Shown here one piece after another: positions 12,885 through 25,600 of a stretch of 64,000 nt of DNA. The notes under the pieces were generated by a model that ran no database searches, was not told where the DNA came from, and saw nothing but the letters and a program-made list of their open reading frames with translations. This DNA comes from Dipteris shenzhenensis (taxonomy: Eukaryota), in assembly GCA_047967505.1 (NCBI GenBank), contig CM106538.1; one strand, given 5' to 3'. The first letter of the stretch is position 1, and every line of letters starts with the position of its first letter. The translations under genes and the position numbers were made by a program.

Positions 12885-13607
12885 TGTTAGATATCAATGC
12901 TCCACTCTCATGTAACTACGCGGGAACCAGCTAACTCTACTTGTAAGCCCCCCCATATGAGGAGAAGGCATTTGAGTAGCTCGGTTATCTGGTAGGTCCT
13001 GGTTTGGACACCAGATTGGGACCATGTGTGGCCTAATGGCTGGACGGCTTCAGATAGATTTGGCACACTGCCAACTAGGCTACATGCAAGTGCAGGAGGG
13101 CATCCCATGACTGACCGCATTGGGCAACCCACTCTTTGGTTGCGGGGCCCGTTTGGAGCCCCAAATGATCCCGGATGGGTCTGGGCCCAACGGCAACTGT
13201 AGGTTAGTTGCTGTATTCTGTGCCACGGTTCTAACATGTGGTCGGTGGCCTATTTCGGGACCGACCTCCCATCGATCGTTTTGGGCCGACTGGGTTGGTC
13301 TCCCAATTGGGTCTAACCGACTAAGACTAATGGCTATATAAGAGCAAGCCCATGAAGCCCATACTCATCACTGGCTACAACAACCCTGATCCTTAGCATC
13401 CAGCCTCTGTCCTCTATTGTTTCCAGCTCGCCATCGAAGCTTCTCACACAAGCTTCTCACACAGGAGTGCACGGCTAGGAGGTAGCGCCATCTATTGTAT
13501 CAGTTTTATAATAATCAAATTTTTGATTCTCCATACTATCAGCTTTTCTCTCTTGCATACAAGATCATGTTATCTGTTGAGCACAGTCATTGTATTGTTT
13601 TCTTTCA
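12885..13607 (+). repeat. Copia 5' LTR
   Basis: Aligns end to end with 44473-45205, with many substitutions and small indels. Confidence 0.95.
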
Positions 13608-13619
13608 TGGTATCAGAGC
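13608..13619 (+). promoter_or_regulatory. Primer binding site (initiator tRNA-Met)
   Basis: TGGTATCAGAGC directly after the LTR. Confidence 0.93.
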
Positions 13620-13677
13620 TTGGGCTCTAGCAAGAAGATTTGGTAGTGTGTTTCTGTTTGCGAGCAGATTGTGAGAG

Positions 13678-14577
13678 ATGGCCCAGTCCGCAAGACTGCG
13701 AATCCCACCATTCAGCGAAAGCGAAAAGTTGGACGGCACTAACTATCCACTCTGGAAGTTCAAGATGAAGACCATCCTAAGCGCATATGAGCTTTGGGAT
13801 ACTGCTACTGGGGTGGACGTGAAGCCGGTTACAAGACCGAATCCAGCTAATGCAGGACAACAGATAGTACCAACTGTGGATCAGATTCTCACATGGACAA
13901 GAAGAAATGCAGATGTGCTATGTTCTATTGTTTGCGGTGTAAGTGATTCTGTCATGGCGTTAATTCAACATGTCACCACACCGAAGGAGGCATGGACGGT
14001 CTTGAAAAATCAGTATGAGACCACGAAGCACACGTGGATTTAGAATCTGGAGTCAACTCGCGAACGAGAAATTGTCTGAGTCTGAAACGGCAGAGAAGTT
14101 CATCACCAGAGTGAAGAATCTGTGCGATCAGATGACTACGATTGGCATCACCATCACTAGTGAGCACGAAGGTGCATACGGATTCTCCCACCAAAGTACG
14201 ACGGTCTTGTTATAGCACTGAATACGCAGAACAGAAATCCGCCCCTCAACTTTGAGGATTTTAGCGCAATGCTTCTGGAGGAGATGCGTCAAAAGATGAG
14301 GACTGGAGAAGATTCGGCTTTCTTGGCTGGATCAAAGAAAGGTAAGGGTAAGGACTATGGTAACCCATCTTCTTCTGATAATAAAAAGAGAAAGAAGAAG
14401 ATCAAGTGCTTCTATTGCAACAAGGCAGGGCACAAGCACAATGAGTGCCAAAAGAAGATTGCAGATGAGAAGAATGGAGTAAAGAAAGAGTCCAGCAACA
14501 GCGCGCAGGCAGTACCAATAGAGCTGTTTGTAGCAATTGAGGACATTTGCACGGAGGCAGTTCATGTACTTGCAGAT
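13678..14577 (+). pseudogene. gag: Copia gag (stops/frameshift), cut by the DNA transposon
   Basis: KLDGTNYPLWKFKMKTILSAYELWD; knuckle CFYCNKAGHKHNEC. Confidence 0.92.
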
Positions 14578-14603
14578 AACACCTATTTCATTAATTTTGG
14601 ACT
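14578..14603 (+). repeat. Left TIR AACACCTATTTCATTAATTTTGGACT
   Basis: Exact reverse complement of 42311-42336. Confidence 0.97.
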
Positions 14604-14699
14604 TTTTGTGTTGTTTTTGGACGAAGCCCAAAAATCCTTCCCAAATGAAAACTTTACTTTATGAAAATATCCTTTCCAAATCAAAATTTTACTTTCTAA

Positions 14700-15270
14700 A
14701 AAGTTTCTTCCCAAATCAAAAGTTCACTTTGTGGCACTATCATATTCACATAAAAATATTGTTTTTTCAATCTATACTTTTGCACCAACATGCAAGAATT
14801 TGAAATAATCCTATATTAGAAATTCTAGCTATATCTAAGTTATTTGTTAATTTAATTATTTTTAATATTTTTCCTTGACGTTTTTCCTTCCCAAATCAAA
14901 AGTTCACTTTGTGGCTCTATCATATTCACATACAAATATTATTTTTTCAATCTATACTTTTACACCAACATGCAAGAATTTGAAATAATCCTATATTAGA
15001 AATTCTAGCTATATCTAAGTTATTTGTTAATTTAATTATTTTAAATATTTTTCCTTGACGTTTTTCGTTGGGTTTTTCCTTCCCAAATCAAAAGTTCACT
15101 TTGTGGCTCTATCATATTCACATACAAATATTGTTTTTTCAATCTATACTTTTACACCAACATGCAAGAATTTGAAATAATCCTATATTAGAAATTCTAG
15201 CTATATCTAAGTTATTTGTTAATTTAATTATTTTAAATATTTTTCCTTGACGTTTTTCGTTGACGTGATA
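14700..15270. repeat. Left subterminal tandem repeat, 3 x ~180-193 bp, AT-rich
   Basis: TTCCCAAATCAAAAGTTCACTTTGTGG recurs at ~14708, ~14888 and ~15080. Confidence 0.9.
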
Positions 15271-15534
15271 AATTTATAAATCCATGAAAGGAGACTTAAA
15301 TATTTCATGAAAATAACATTGTCACTCGGCAATATGCACAAAATTTAACAAAACTTTTAATAAATAGAAAGAAGACATGATGCCATAAGACCAAAGAGGG
15401 ATAATAGCAATTGTAGCTTTATGTATATGATTACATTGAGAGACATTGCTCTTAGCTACAGTCTTTATATCCAAAATGATATAGATTGAACATATGTTTA
15501 CAATTTAAATTGTTGCTCTTAAAGAGCCTCAATT

Positions 15535-15910
15535 CATGCCATCTGCATAATTTGACACCCCATTGTCTTATTGCTCAATGTCACGACAGTCCCTTGCCAG
15601 TTTCCATCTGCATAATTTGACCTAGGCTTGTCTTGCCAAGCCTTGCCCCTTGGGTGCATTGACTCCCCATTGTCTTATTGCTCAATGCGATAGTCCCTTG
15701 CCAGGTGCCATCTGCATTAACTCCCTGTTGTCTTGCCAAGCCAAAATACAGGTGCCATCTGCATTAACTCCCACAAGTTATCTTGCCAAGCCTTGCCCCT
15801 TGGGTGCATTGACTCCCCATTGTCTTATTGCTCAATGTGATAGTCCCTTGCCAGGTGCCATCTGCATTAACTCCCTATTGTCTTGGCAAGCCTTGACCCT
15901 TGGGTGACAT
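15535..15910. repeat. Short degenerate tandem repeats 3' of the transposase
   Basis: GCCATCTGCAT / CCCCATTGTCTTATTGCTCAATG / TCTTGCCAAGCC recur several times. Confidence 0.8.
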
Positions 15911-16040
15911 CCAGTGCATATTTTGACTCTCATTTGACATACGAGGTGATGACTCTGATTATAATTGTCTTGGATTGGCTCCTTGCCTAGTACCCAAATA
16001 AAATCCTTCTGAATCAATGGACTTCAATACAAAGCTTTAA

Positions 16041-19000
16041 TCATGGACATTCTTCATTTGCGCTATCTCCTTCTACTTCCTCCATGGCGAGCATCCTTAA
16101 AAATTCGTGTATATGCAAAATAGTTTGCTGTGGTATTTTTATTTTTCCTTCTACCTCATATCCCATGTGCTTCTTTGATTTCTTTGCCCTTGAATGCCAA
16201 GACACTATGATTGTCTCCGTCGAAACTTGAGAGACTGCTTCATCATTTGGGACCCACTCCTTCATTATACAATTAGTATATAATGTGTTGTTATCCATAT
16301 TCTCCTTCCTGCCCTTTGGCTCATACCATACCGCTGTAAATGTTGTAGCTCTCCCTTGGTCATCTCTTTGCACATCAACTACTTTTGCAACCCAAAACTT
16401 CACATTCTCATATTCATCATCCGATGGCCGAACCACAACAAAACAATCAACCTCTATATCTACTTGTGGCATAAACTCTTCTTCGGTCCACAATATGGAC
16501 GTGGGAGTAATGATACAAAATCATTTTCAAAGACTGGAGCTGGGCGCAAATCGTTATGAACATTTGGCCAAAACATATTGCATTCTTCCTTGACATCCTT
16601 TGAGCCTCGCATTCTCTCAAGGTCCTTTATTAAATTTCGTGTCTTGTTAATTACAGTGGTAGTGTGTTCTCTCCAAGCAGGCTTCGAATCAGGATATCTC
16701 TGGAGCATTTCCTCTTTGTATGTAATAAATGCTTTTAATCCATCTATTTCACAATTAGACCTCTCATTAAATTCTTGTATAGGAGCCCATGTTGGATACC
16801 TTTCCTTGCTGGGAATTGAAGTTAAGAGACTGTCAGGTTCTTCAGGTTCCCATTTTGTATCATGAGAATATTGTTGCCATTGCATTACGGGTTTTTCATC
16901 TTTAAAAAAAAAACAAAAGTAGTGTGGATTGGTATGACCTGTCAATGCATCACCACCCGTTTGTATGAAAGGTAGAATGAAGCTCTTCCAATCATACATT
17001 CTTTCGAGCCTCTCACATACTGTACTTTCCTTACGACCACCAACTTGCCTGCCACATCTTCTTACCAAGTCATCTATTGTCTCCACATCCTTGCATTTAA
17101 GCTCCCTTGAGACTGTGCAAAAAACCTGATCGATATCCTCATGTGTATGCCCAACATACAAAAATCCACATTCGACCTCATTGAAGATTCGATGAGCAAC
17201 TAGCATGGAGCAGAAGGCAAACATAAGTACATTCTTATTTTCTTGCCAGCAATTATCAGCTTGTATTCTCAAAGTCGGTGGCAGGCGACCTTTTTCTGCA
17301 TGTACATTGCGAATTGCCTTCATAATAGATGTTACAACTTGATTGCTATCATGTAGATGCAAGGAATCAATCCATATATCTGCAAAGAACTTAATTCCAT
17401 GCACTAACACTCCACATAGATGTGTCTTTAGAAAGTGCTTTCCTTGTAATTTAGGTGGAGTGGCAACAAAACGAGGCAATGTTGTTGTATTCTGATCCAT
17501 GCCATCTACAATAAGACACATGTAGTCATCAGGATGCGAAATAGCTTGCTCCTTCCAAAATGCATATTTTTGTCTGGAATGTCGAATAAGGTCATGATGA
17601 GATTTTCGGTTTTTTTTGTATAATTCCCTTTGATTTGGACATGTTGCACTCTCAATCGCTCGCTTTAAATCATCACAGACATTGCACTTTGACATTTTTT
17701 GCCTCCTTGGGATTTTAACATATCCAAAGTTCTTCTTCCAAAGAGTATACAAAGTATGAGAAGAAGCTACAGCATCCCCTCTTTGCCTTTGCTTTTCTGC
17801 AATAGAGTCAAATACTTCGAGCTTTGTCAAGCCCATTGGAAGGTGCATTTCAGTGATCGCGTCACCGTTAGGGAGTTTGGTAGATATATGGGGTTGAGGC
17901 AAAGCATTTTCATGTATGAAGTCTTGTAAAATTGATGCTGCCCTGACAGTTGAGATTCTTGATTTGGACCTTCCTCTATTACCGTGAATGCTAAATTTGT
18001 TGCCGCCCTTTGCCTTGGTGACTAAATCCCAATATGTACCATGGGATAATCCAGTAATATTGCGATATGCCTTATTGCAAATCCTTTTTCCATTTACGAG
18101 AGGTTTTACCTTTTGTCTTGAACTTAGCCTTTTATTGCCATTCTGAAGACAGCAAGAGAGACTTGTGAGAAGGTATTCATTTCTTTCGCTTCCCCTTCTT
18201 TGCCACACGTGTCCTCTACATTCCCTGATGTCTGGAAGATCAATGAAGCGCATACATCTTCGCTTGCAACATAGATATCCCAATGCATTTAACATGTTCT
18301 CCTCCTTCATTACTCTCTTCCTCTTTGGTTGCTTTTGTGGATCTGCCTGGATTCTCTTTCTCTTCATGCATATGTATGATCGTTTTCGTCCCTTGTACAC
18401 ATTGTTATCTGTATTTATGCACTTCTTCTCCTCACATTTGTTTGTAACCAAGCATCCATGATTGGTCGTTGCATCCTTGTTCATATCACAATCAAAGTTA
18501 AATATTGAATAATCCTCTGTTGATCTCATCCTCATTTTTAACATACTCTTAGGACCATTCAATGAATTCAATATTCTACGAGAGTATTGAGAACCTTGAA
18601 ACTCTTCCACTCCTGAGAGAACATCACTCATTGGGACATCTTGCATGGCTTTCACAAATCCACAACCTTGATTGACACCAGGTTTGTTAATATGCATGAA
18701 CTCATCCACACTTGACAAGACATCGCTATTGAAACCTTTGCCCTTCTCACTGTGCAAGAATTCATCCACCCCAGATAAGGCTTCGCTTCTAAAATCATTT
18801 TGTTTCTTGGAACCAATGAACTCATCCACTCCAGATAAGATGTCACTTCTATAATTGAGTATATTGAAATCATCCACATTTGAAGTGATAGAGCCTGGCA
18901 CATGGGCACGCTTTTTAGGTCCTTTGATATTGTAGTATGCGTTGTCTTTATCATTGAAAACCACGTGCCTCTTTCTCATGTTTAAAAATTGCATGCTCCA

Positions 19001-19536
19001 TCTCATATTCTTGCCTACCTCATAGTAGGGATCACATAAGGATGTTATGTTATCAACCATACCATCATCAGTGACTTTTAGAATCCTCATCTGTGCAAAT
19101 GACCATTGCTCCACTTGTTCAAATCCCAATACTTCACCTTCTGCTACAATCTTATTTGCAAATGATCTCATTTGTAAAATGTCCCCTATAGTAAAATCCA
19201 AGGTGGTGCTGTTTGTATTCTTGATAATGTCTGTTGCATAAGTCTCATCTTTGTCCCATGCTATAAATGATTTATTGGATGTATTGTAGGGCATAACATC
19301 TCCAAGTGTTTCCATATCTCCACATTTATACTTTAGCTCAACATGTGCGCTAAGAATCTTTGATACAGTAACTGCTACCTTATCTTCGCCAAGTCTTCGA
19401 AAGTGGCAAAGTGAATTGGGATCACTATCATGGATTGTAGCAAATGCAACTACTTCTCTTTTGCTACATAAAATCACATCCATCCCTAGAACAAAATCTA
19501 TAGCCATCTCCTTTGTGAGAGTCCTTCGCAAGCAAG
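16041..19536 (-). CDS. Sola1-like DDD transposase with one frameshift near 16490
   Basis: ORF 16460-19531: KMSKCNVC..H, LIVDGMDQ, LRIQADNCWQENKN, FLYVGHTHEDIDQVF. It continues in ORF 16041-16493 (FVVVRP..FWVAKV..VWYEP). A CTGCAG acceptor at 19537 precedes the ORF and the first ATG is at 19507. Confidence 0.85.
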
Positions 19537-19632
19537 CTGCAGTGGCAACAATTACATAAATATTAGTCTCTTTTTAATAATCTACTTATTTATTATAATT
19601 TTTAATTAGTACTTAATTTATTAGTGGGAGAA

Positions 19633-22600
19633 GTTATCCGATCAAGTACTCATCAGATGGACATGCCAAGTTATCCTTTGCATGGTCAATCAAGCATTAA
19701 ATACTATTTTTGCTCTAGTGTCATGCACATCCGTAAAAAAACATGAGCCTACTAGGTACGTTATCCAATCAAGCACTAATGGGATGCGGGTGCCACTTTG
19801 CATGTAAGTCAATTCCACCTATTTGAGGTGTACAAAAAGTGTTGTGCCCATCGGATATGCTTTGCATGGTCCATCGAGCATTAAATACTATTTTTGCTCC
19901 TGTCATGCACATCCATAAAAAAAACACGCTGCTAGGTGTGTTATCCGATCAAGTACTTATGCGATGGGAATGCCACTTTGCATGTAAGTCAATTCCACCT
20001 AGTTGAAGGTGTGTGCAAAGTATTGTGCCCATCCAATATGCTTTGCATTGTCGATCAAGCATAACACACTATTTCTGCCTTACTGTCATGCACAACCATA
20101 TAAAAACACGGCCATAGGTGTGTTATTCAAATAAGTACTTATAAGATGGGGGCTCCACTTTGCACGCAAGTCCGTTTTAACTACGTTGAGGTGCGTGCAA
20201 AGTATTGTAACCATCGGATATGATTTGCATGGTCGATCACGCATTATACACCATTTTTTCCCTAATGATATGCACATTCGCACAAAAACACGCCATTAGG
20301 TGTGTTATCTGACCAAGTACTGATCGGATGGGTGTGCCTCATTGAGAACATTTCAATACCACCTAGGTTAAGGCGTAAGAAACGTTTTGTGTCCATCGGA
20401 TATGCTTTGCATGGTCGATCGAGCATTAAATACTATTTTTGCTCTAGTGTCATGCACATCCGTCAAAAAACACGTTGCTAGGTATGTAATCCAATCAAGC
20501 ACTTATGGGATGCGTGTGCCGCTTTGCATATAAGTCTATTCCACCTAGTTGAAGGTGTGTGCAAAGTATCGTGCCCATCGGATATGCTTTGCATGGTGGA
20601 TCGAGCATTAAATACCATTTTTGCCTTAGTGCCATGCACATCCGTAAAAAAACACGCTACTAGGTGTGTTATCTGACCAATTACTTATCGGATGGGTGTG
20701 CCTCATTACGAACATTTCAATACCACCTAGGTTGAGGCGTACGAAAAGTTTTGTGCCCATCGGATATGCTTTGCATGGTCGATCGAGCATTAAATACTAT
20801 TTTTGCTCTCGTGTCATGCACATCCGTCAAAAAACACGCTTCTAGGTATGTTATCCGATCAAGAACTTATGGGATGGGCGTGCCACTTTGCATGTAAGTG
20901 GATTCCACCTAGTTGAAGGTGTGTGCAAAGTATTGTGCCCATCGGATATGCTTTGCATTGTCGATCAAGCATAAAACACCATTTTTATCTTAGTGTCATG
21001 CACATTCGTAAAAAAACGCAGTCCTAGATGTGTTATTCAAACTAGTACTTATCGAATAAGGGCTCCAATTTGCATGCAAGTCCGTTTCCACTAGGTTGAG
21101 GTGTGTGCAAAGTATTGTCACCATCGGATATGATTTGCATGGTTGATCACGCATTATACACCGTTTTTTTCCTAGTGGTATGCACATCCGCAAAAAAACA
21201 CGCCCTTAGGTATGTTATCTGACCAAGTACTTATCGGATGGGTGTGCCTCTTTGACAACATTTTAATACCACCTAGGTTGAGGTATGAGAAAAGTATTAT
21301 GCCCATCGGATATGCTTTGCATGGTCGATCGAGCAGTAAATACCATTTTTGCCTTAGTGCCATGCACATCCGTAAAAAAACACGCTGCTAGGTGTGTTAT
21401 CCGATCAAGCACTTATGCGATGGGAATGCCACTTTGCATGTAAGTCAATTCCACCTAGTTGAAAGTGTGTGCAAAGTATTGTGCCCATCAGATATCCTTT
21501 GCATGGTCAATCGAGTATTAAATACTATTTTTACTCTAGTGTCATGCACTTCCGTCAAAAAACATGCTGCTAGGTATGTTATCCAATCAAGCACTTATGG
21601 GATGGACGTGCCACTTTGCATGTAAGTCGATTCCACCTAGTTGAAGGTGTGTGCAAAGTATTGTGCCCATCGGATATGCTTTGCATTGTCGATCAAGCAT
21701 AAGACACCGTTTTTGCCTTGGTGTCATGCACAACCATGAAAAAACACGGTCCTAGGTGTATTATTCAAACTAGTACTTATCGGATAAGGGCTCCAATTTG
21801 CATGCAAGTCCGTTTCCACTAGGTTGAGGTGTAAAGTATTGTCACCATCGAATATGATTTGCATGGTTGATCACGCATTATACACTGTTTTTTCCCTAGT
21901 GGTATGCACATCCGCAAAAAAACACGCCCTTAGGTATGTTATCTGACCAAGTACTTATCGGATGGGTGTGCCTCTTTGACAACATTCTAATACGACCTAA
22001 GTTGGAGTATAGGAAAAGTATTATACCCATTGGATATGCTTTGCATGGTCGATCGAGCATTAAATACCATTTTTGCCTTAGTGCCATGCACATCCGTAAA
22101 AAAACACGCTGCTAGGTGTGTTATCCGATCAAGCACTTATGCGATGGGAATGCCACTTTGCATGTAAGTCAATTCCACCTAGTTGAAGGTGTGTTCAAAG
22201 TATCGTGCCAATCGGATATGCTTTGCATGGTCGATCGAGCATTAAATACCATTTTTGCCTTAGTGCCATGCACATCCGTTTAAAAACACACTTCTACGTT
22301 TGTTATCTGATCAAGCACTTATGCGATGGGCGTGCCACTTTTCATGTAAGTCAGTTCCACCTAGTTGAAGGTTTGTGCAAAGTATTGTGCCCATCGGATA
22401 TGCTTTGCATGGTCGATCGACCATTAAATACTATTTTTGCTCTAGTTTCATGCACATCCGTAAAAAAACACGCTGATAGGTATGTTATCCAATCAAGCAC
22501 TTATGGGATGGGCGTGCCACTTTGCATGTAAGTCAATTTCACCTAGTTAAAGGTATGTGCAAAGTATTGTGCCCATCGGATATGCTTTGCATGGTTGATC

Positions 22601-25600
22601 GAGCATTAAATACCATTTTTGCCTTAGTGCCATGCACATCCGTAAAAAAACACGCTGCTAGGTGTGTTATCTGATCAAGCACTTATGCGATGGGTGTGCC
22701 ACTTTGCATGTAAGTTAATTCCACCTAGTTGAAGGTGTGTGAAAAGTATTGTGCCCATCGGATATGCTTTGCATTGTCGATCAAGCATAACACACTGTTT
22801 TTGCCTTAGTGTCATGCACAACCATATAAAAACACGGCCATAGGTGTGTTATTCAAATAAATACTTATCAGATGGGGCCTCCACTTTGCACGCAAGTCCG
22901 TTTTAACTACGTTGAGGTGCGTGCAAAGTATTGTCACCATCGGATATGATTTACATGGTCGATCACGCATTATACACCGTTTTTTCCCTAGTGGTATGCA
23001 CATTCGCAGAAAAACACGCCCTTAGGTATGTTATCTGACCAAGTACTTATCGGATGGGTGTGCCTCTTTGACAACATTTTAATACAACCTAAGTTGAGGT
23101 ATAGGTAAAGTATTATGCCCATCGGATATGCTTTGCATGGTCGATCGAGCATTAAATACAATTTTTGCCTTAGTGCCATGCACATCCGTAAAACACGCTG
23201 CTAGGTGTGTTATCCGATCAAGCACTTATGCGATGGGAATGCCACTTTGCATGTAAGTCAATTCCACTTATTTGAAGGTGTGTGCAAAGTATCGTGCCCA
23301 TCGGATATGCTTTGCATGGTCGATCGAGCATTAAATTCCATTTTTGCCTTAGTGCCATGCACATCCGTAAAAAAACACGCTGCTAGGTGTGTTATCTGAT
23401 CAAGCACTTATGCGATGGGCGTGCCACTCTGCACGTAAGTCAATTCCACCTAGTTAAAGGTATGTGCAAAGTATTGTGCCCATCGGATATGCTTTGCATG
23501 GTGGATCGAGCATTAAATACCATTTTTGCCTTAGTGCCATGCACATCCGTAAAAAAACACGCTGCTAGGTGTGTTATCTGATCAAGCACTTATGCGATGG
23601 GCGTGCCACTTTGCATGTAAGTTAATTACACCTAGTTGAAGGTGTGTGCAAAGTATTGTGCCCATCGGATATGCTTTGCATTGTCGATCAAGCATAACAC
23701 ACTGTTTTTGCCTTAGTGTCATGCACAACCATTTAAAAACACGGCCATAGGTGTGTTATTCAAATAAATACTTATCAGATGGGGCCTCCACTTTGCACAC
23801 AAGTTCGTTTTAACTACGTTGAGGTGCGTGCAAAGTATTGTCACCATCGGATATGATTTACATGGTCGATCACGCATTATACACCGTTTTTTCCCTAGTG
23901 GTATGCACATTCGCAAAAAAACACGCCCTTAGGTATGTTATCTGACCAAGTACTTATCCGATGGGTGTGCCTCTTTGACAACATTTTAATACAACCTAAG
24001 TTGAGGTATAGGTAAAGTATTATGCCCATCGGATATGCTTTGCATGGTCGATCGAGCATTAAATTCCATTTTTGCCTTAGTGCCATGCACATCCGTAAAG
24101 AAACACGCTGCTAGGTGTGTTATCCGATCAAGCACTTATGCGATGGGAATGCCACTTTGCATGTAAGTCAATTCCACTTAGTTGAAGGTGTGTGCAAAGT
24201 ATCGTGCCCATCGGATATGCTTTGCATGGTCGATCGAGCATTAAATTCCATTTTTGCCTTAGTGCCATGCACATCCGTAAAAAAACACACTGCTAGGTGT
24301 GTTATCTGATCAAGCACTTATGCGATGGGAATGCCACTTTGCATGGAAGTCAATTCCACTTAGTTGAAGGTGTGTGCAAAGTATCGTGCCCATCGGATAT
24401 GCTTTGCATGGTCGATCGAGCATTAAATTCCATTTTTGCCTTAGTGCCATGCACATCCGTAAAAAAACACGCTGCTAGGTGTGTTATCTGATCAAGCACT
24501 TATGTGATGGGCATGCCACTTTGCATGTAAGTCAATTCCACCTAGTTAAAGGTATGTGCAAAGTATTGTGCCCATCGGATATGCTTTGCATTGTCGATCG
24601 AGCATAACACACTGTTTTTGCCTTAGTGTCATGCACAACCATATAAAAACACGGCCATAGGTGTGTTATTCAAATAAATACTTATCAGATGGGGCCTCCA
24701 CTTTGCACGCAAGTCTGTTTTAACTACGTTGAGGTGCGTGCAAAGTATTGTCACCATCGGATATGATTTGCATGGTCGATCACGCATTATACATCATTTT
24801 TTTCCTAATGACATGCACATTCGCAAAAAAACACGCCATTAGGTGTGTTATCTGACCAAGTACTTATCGGATGGATGTGCCTCATTGAGAACATTTCAAT
24901 ACCACCTAGGTTGAGGCGTACGAAAAGTTTTGTGTCCATCGGATATCCTTTGCATGGTCTATCGAGCATTAAATACTATTTTTACTCTAGTGTCATGCAC
25001 ATCCGTCAAAAAACACGTTTCTAGGTATGTTATAGGATCAAGCACTTATGGGATGGGCATGCCACTTTGCATGTAAGTCGATTCTACCTAGTTGAAGGTG
25101 TGTGCAAAGTATTGTGCCCATCGGATATGCTTTGCATTGTCGATCAAGCATAAAACACCGTTTTTATCTTAGTGTCATGCACATTCGTAAAAAAACGCAG
25201 TCCTAGATGTGTTATTCAAACTAGTACTTATCGGATGGGGGCTCTAGTTTGCACGCAAGTCCGTTTCAACTATTTTGAGGTGTGTGCAAAGTATTGTCAC
25301 CTTCGGATATGATTTGCATGGTTGATCAAGCATAACACACCGTTTTTGCCTTAGTGTCATGCACAATCATATAAAAACACGGCCATAGGTGTGTTATTCA
25401 AATAAGTACTTATCAGATGGGGGCTCCACTTTGCACGCAAGTCCTTTTTAACTACACGCTGATGCGTGCAAAGTATTGTGACCATCGGATATGATTTGCA
25501 TGGTCGATCACGCATTATACACCATTTTTTCCCTAGTGGTATGCACATCCGCAAAAAAACATGCCCTTGGGTATGTTATCTGACCAAGTACTTATCGGAT

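Noticed and set aside
20110-20125. Array monomer derived from the TIR (shared ATAGGTGT)
   Set aside because: A 7-8-bp match is too short to separate from chance.
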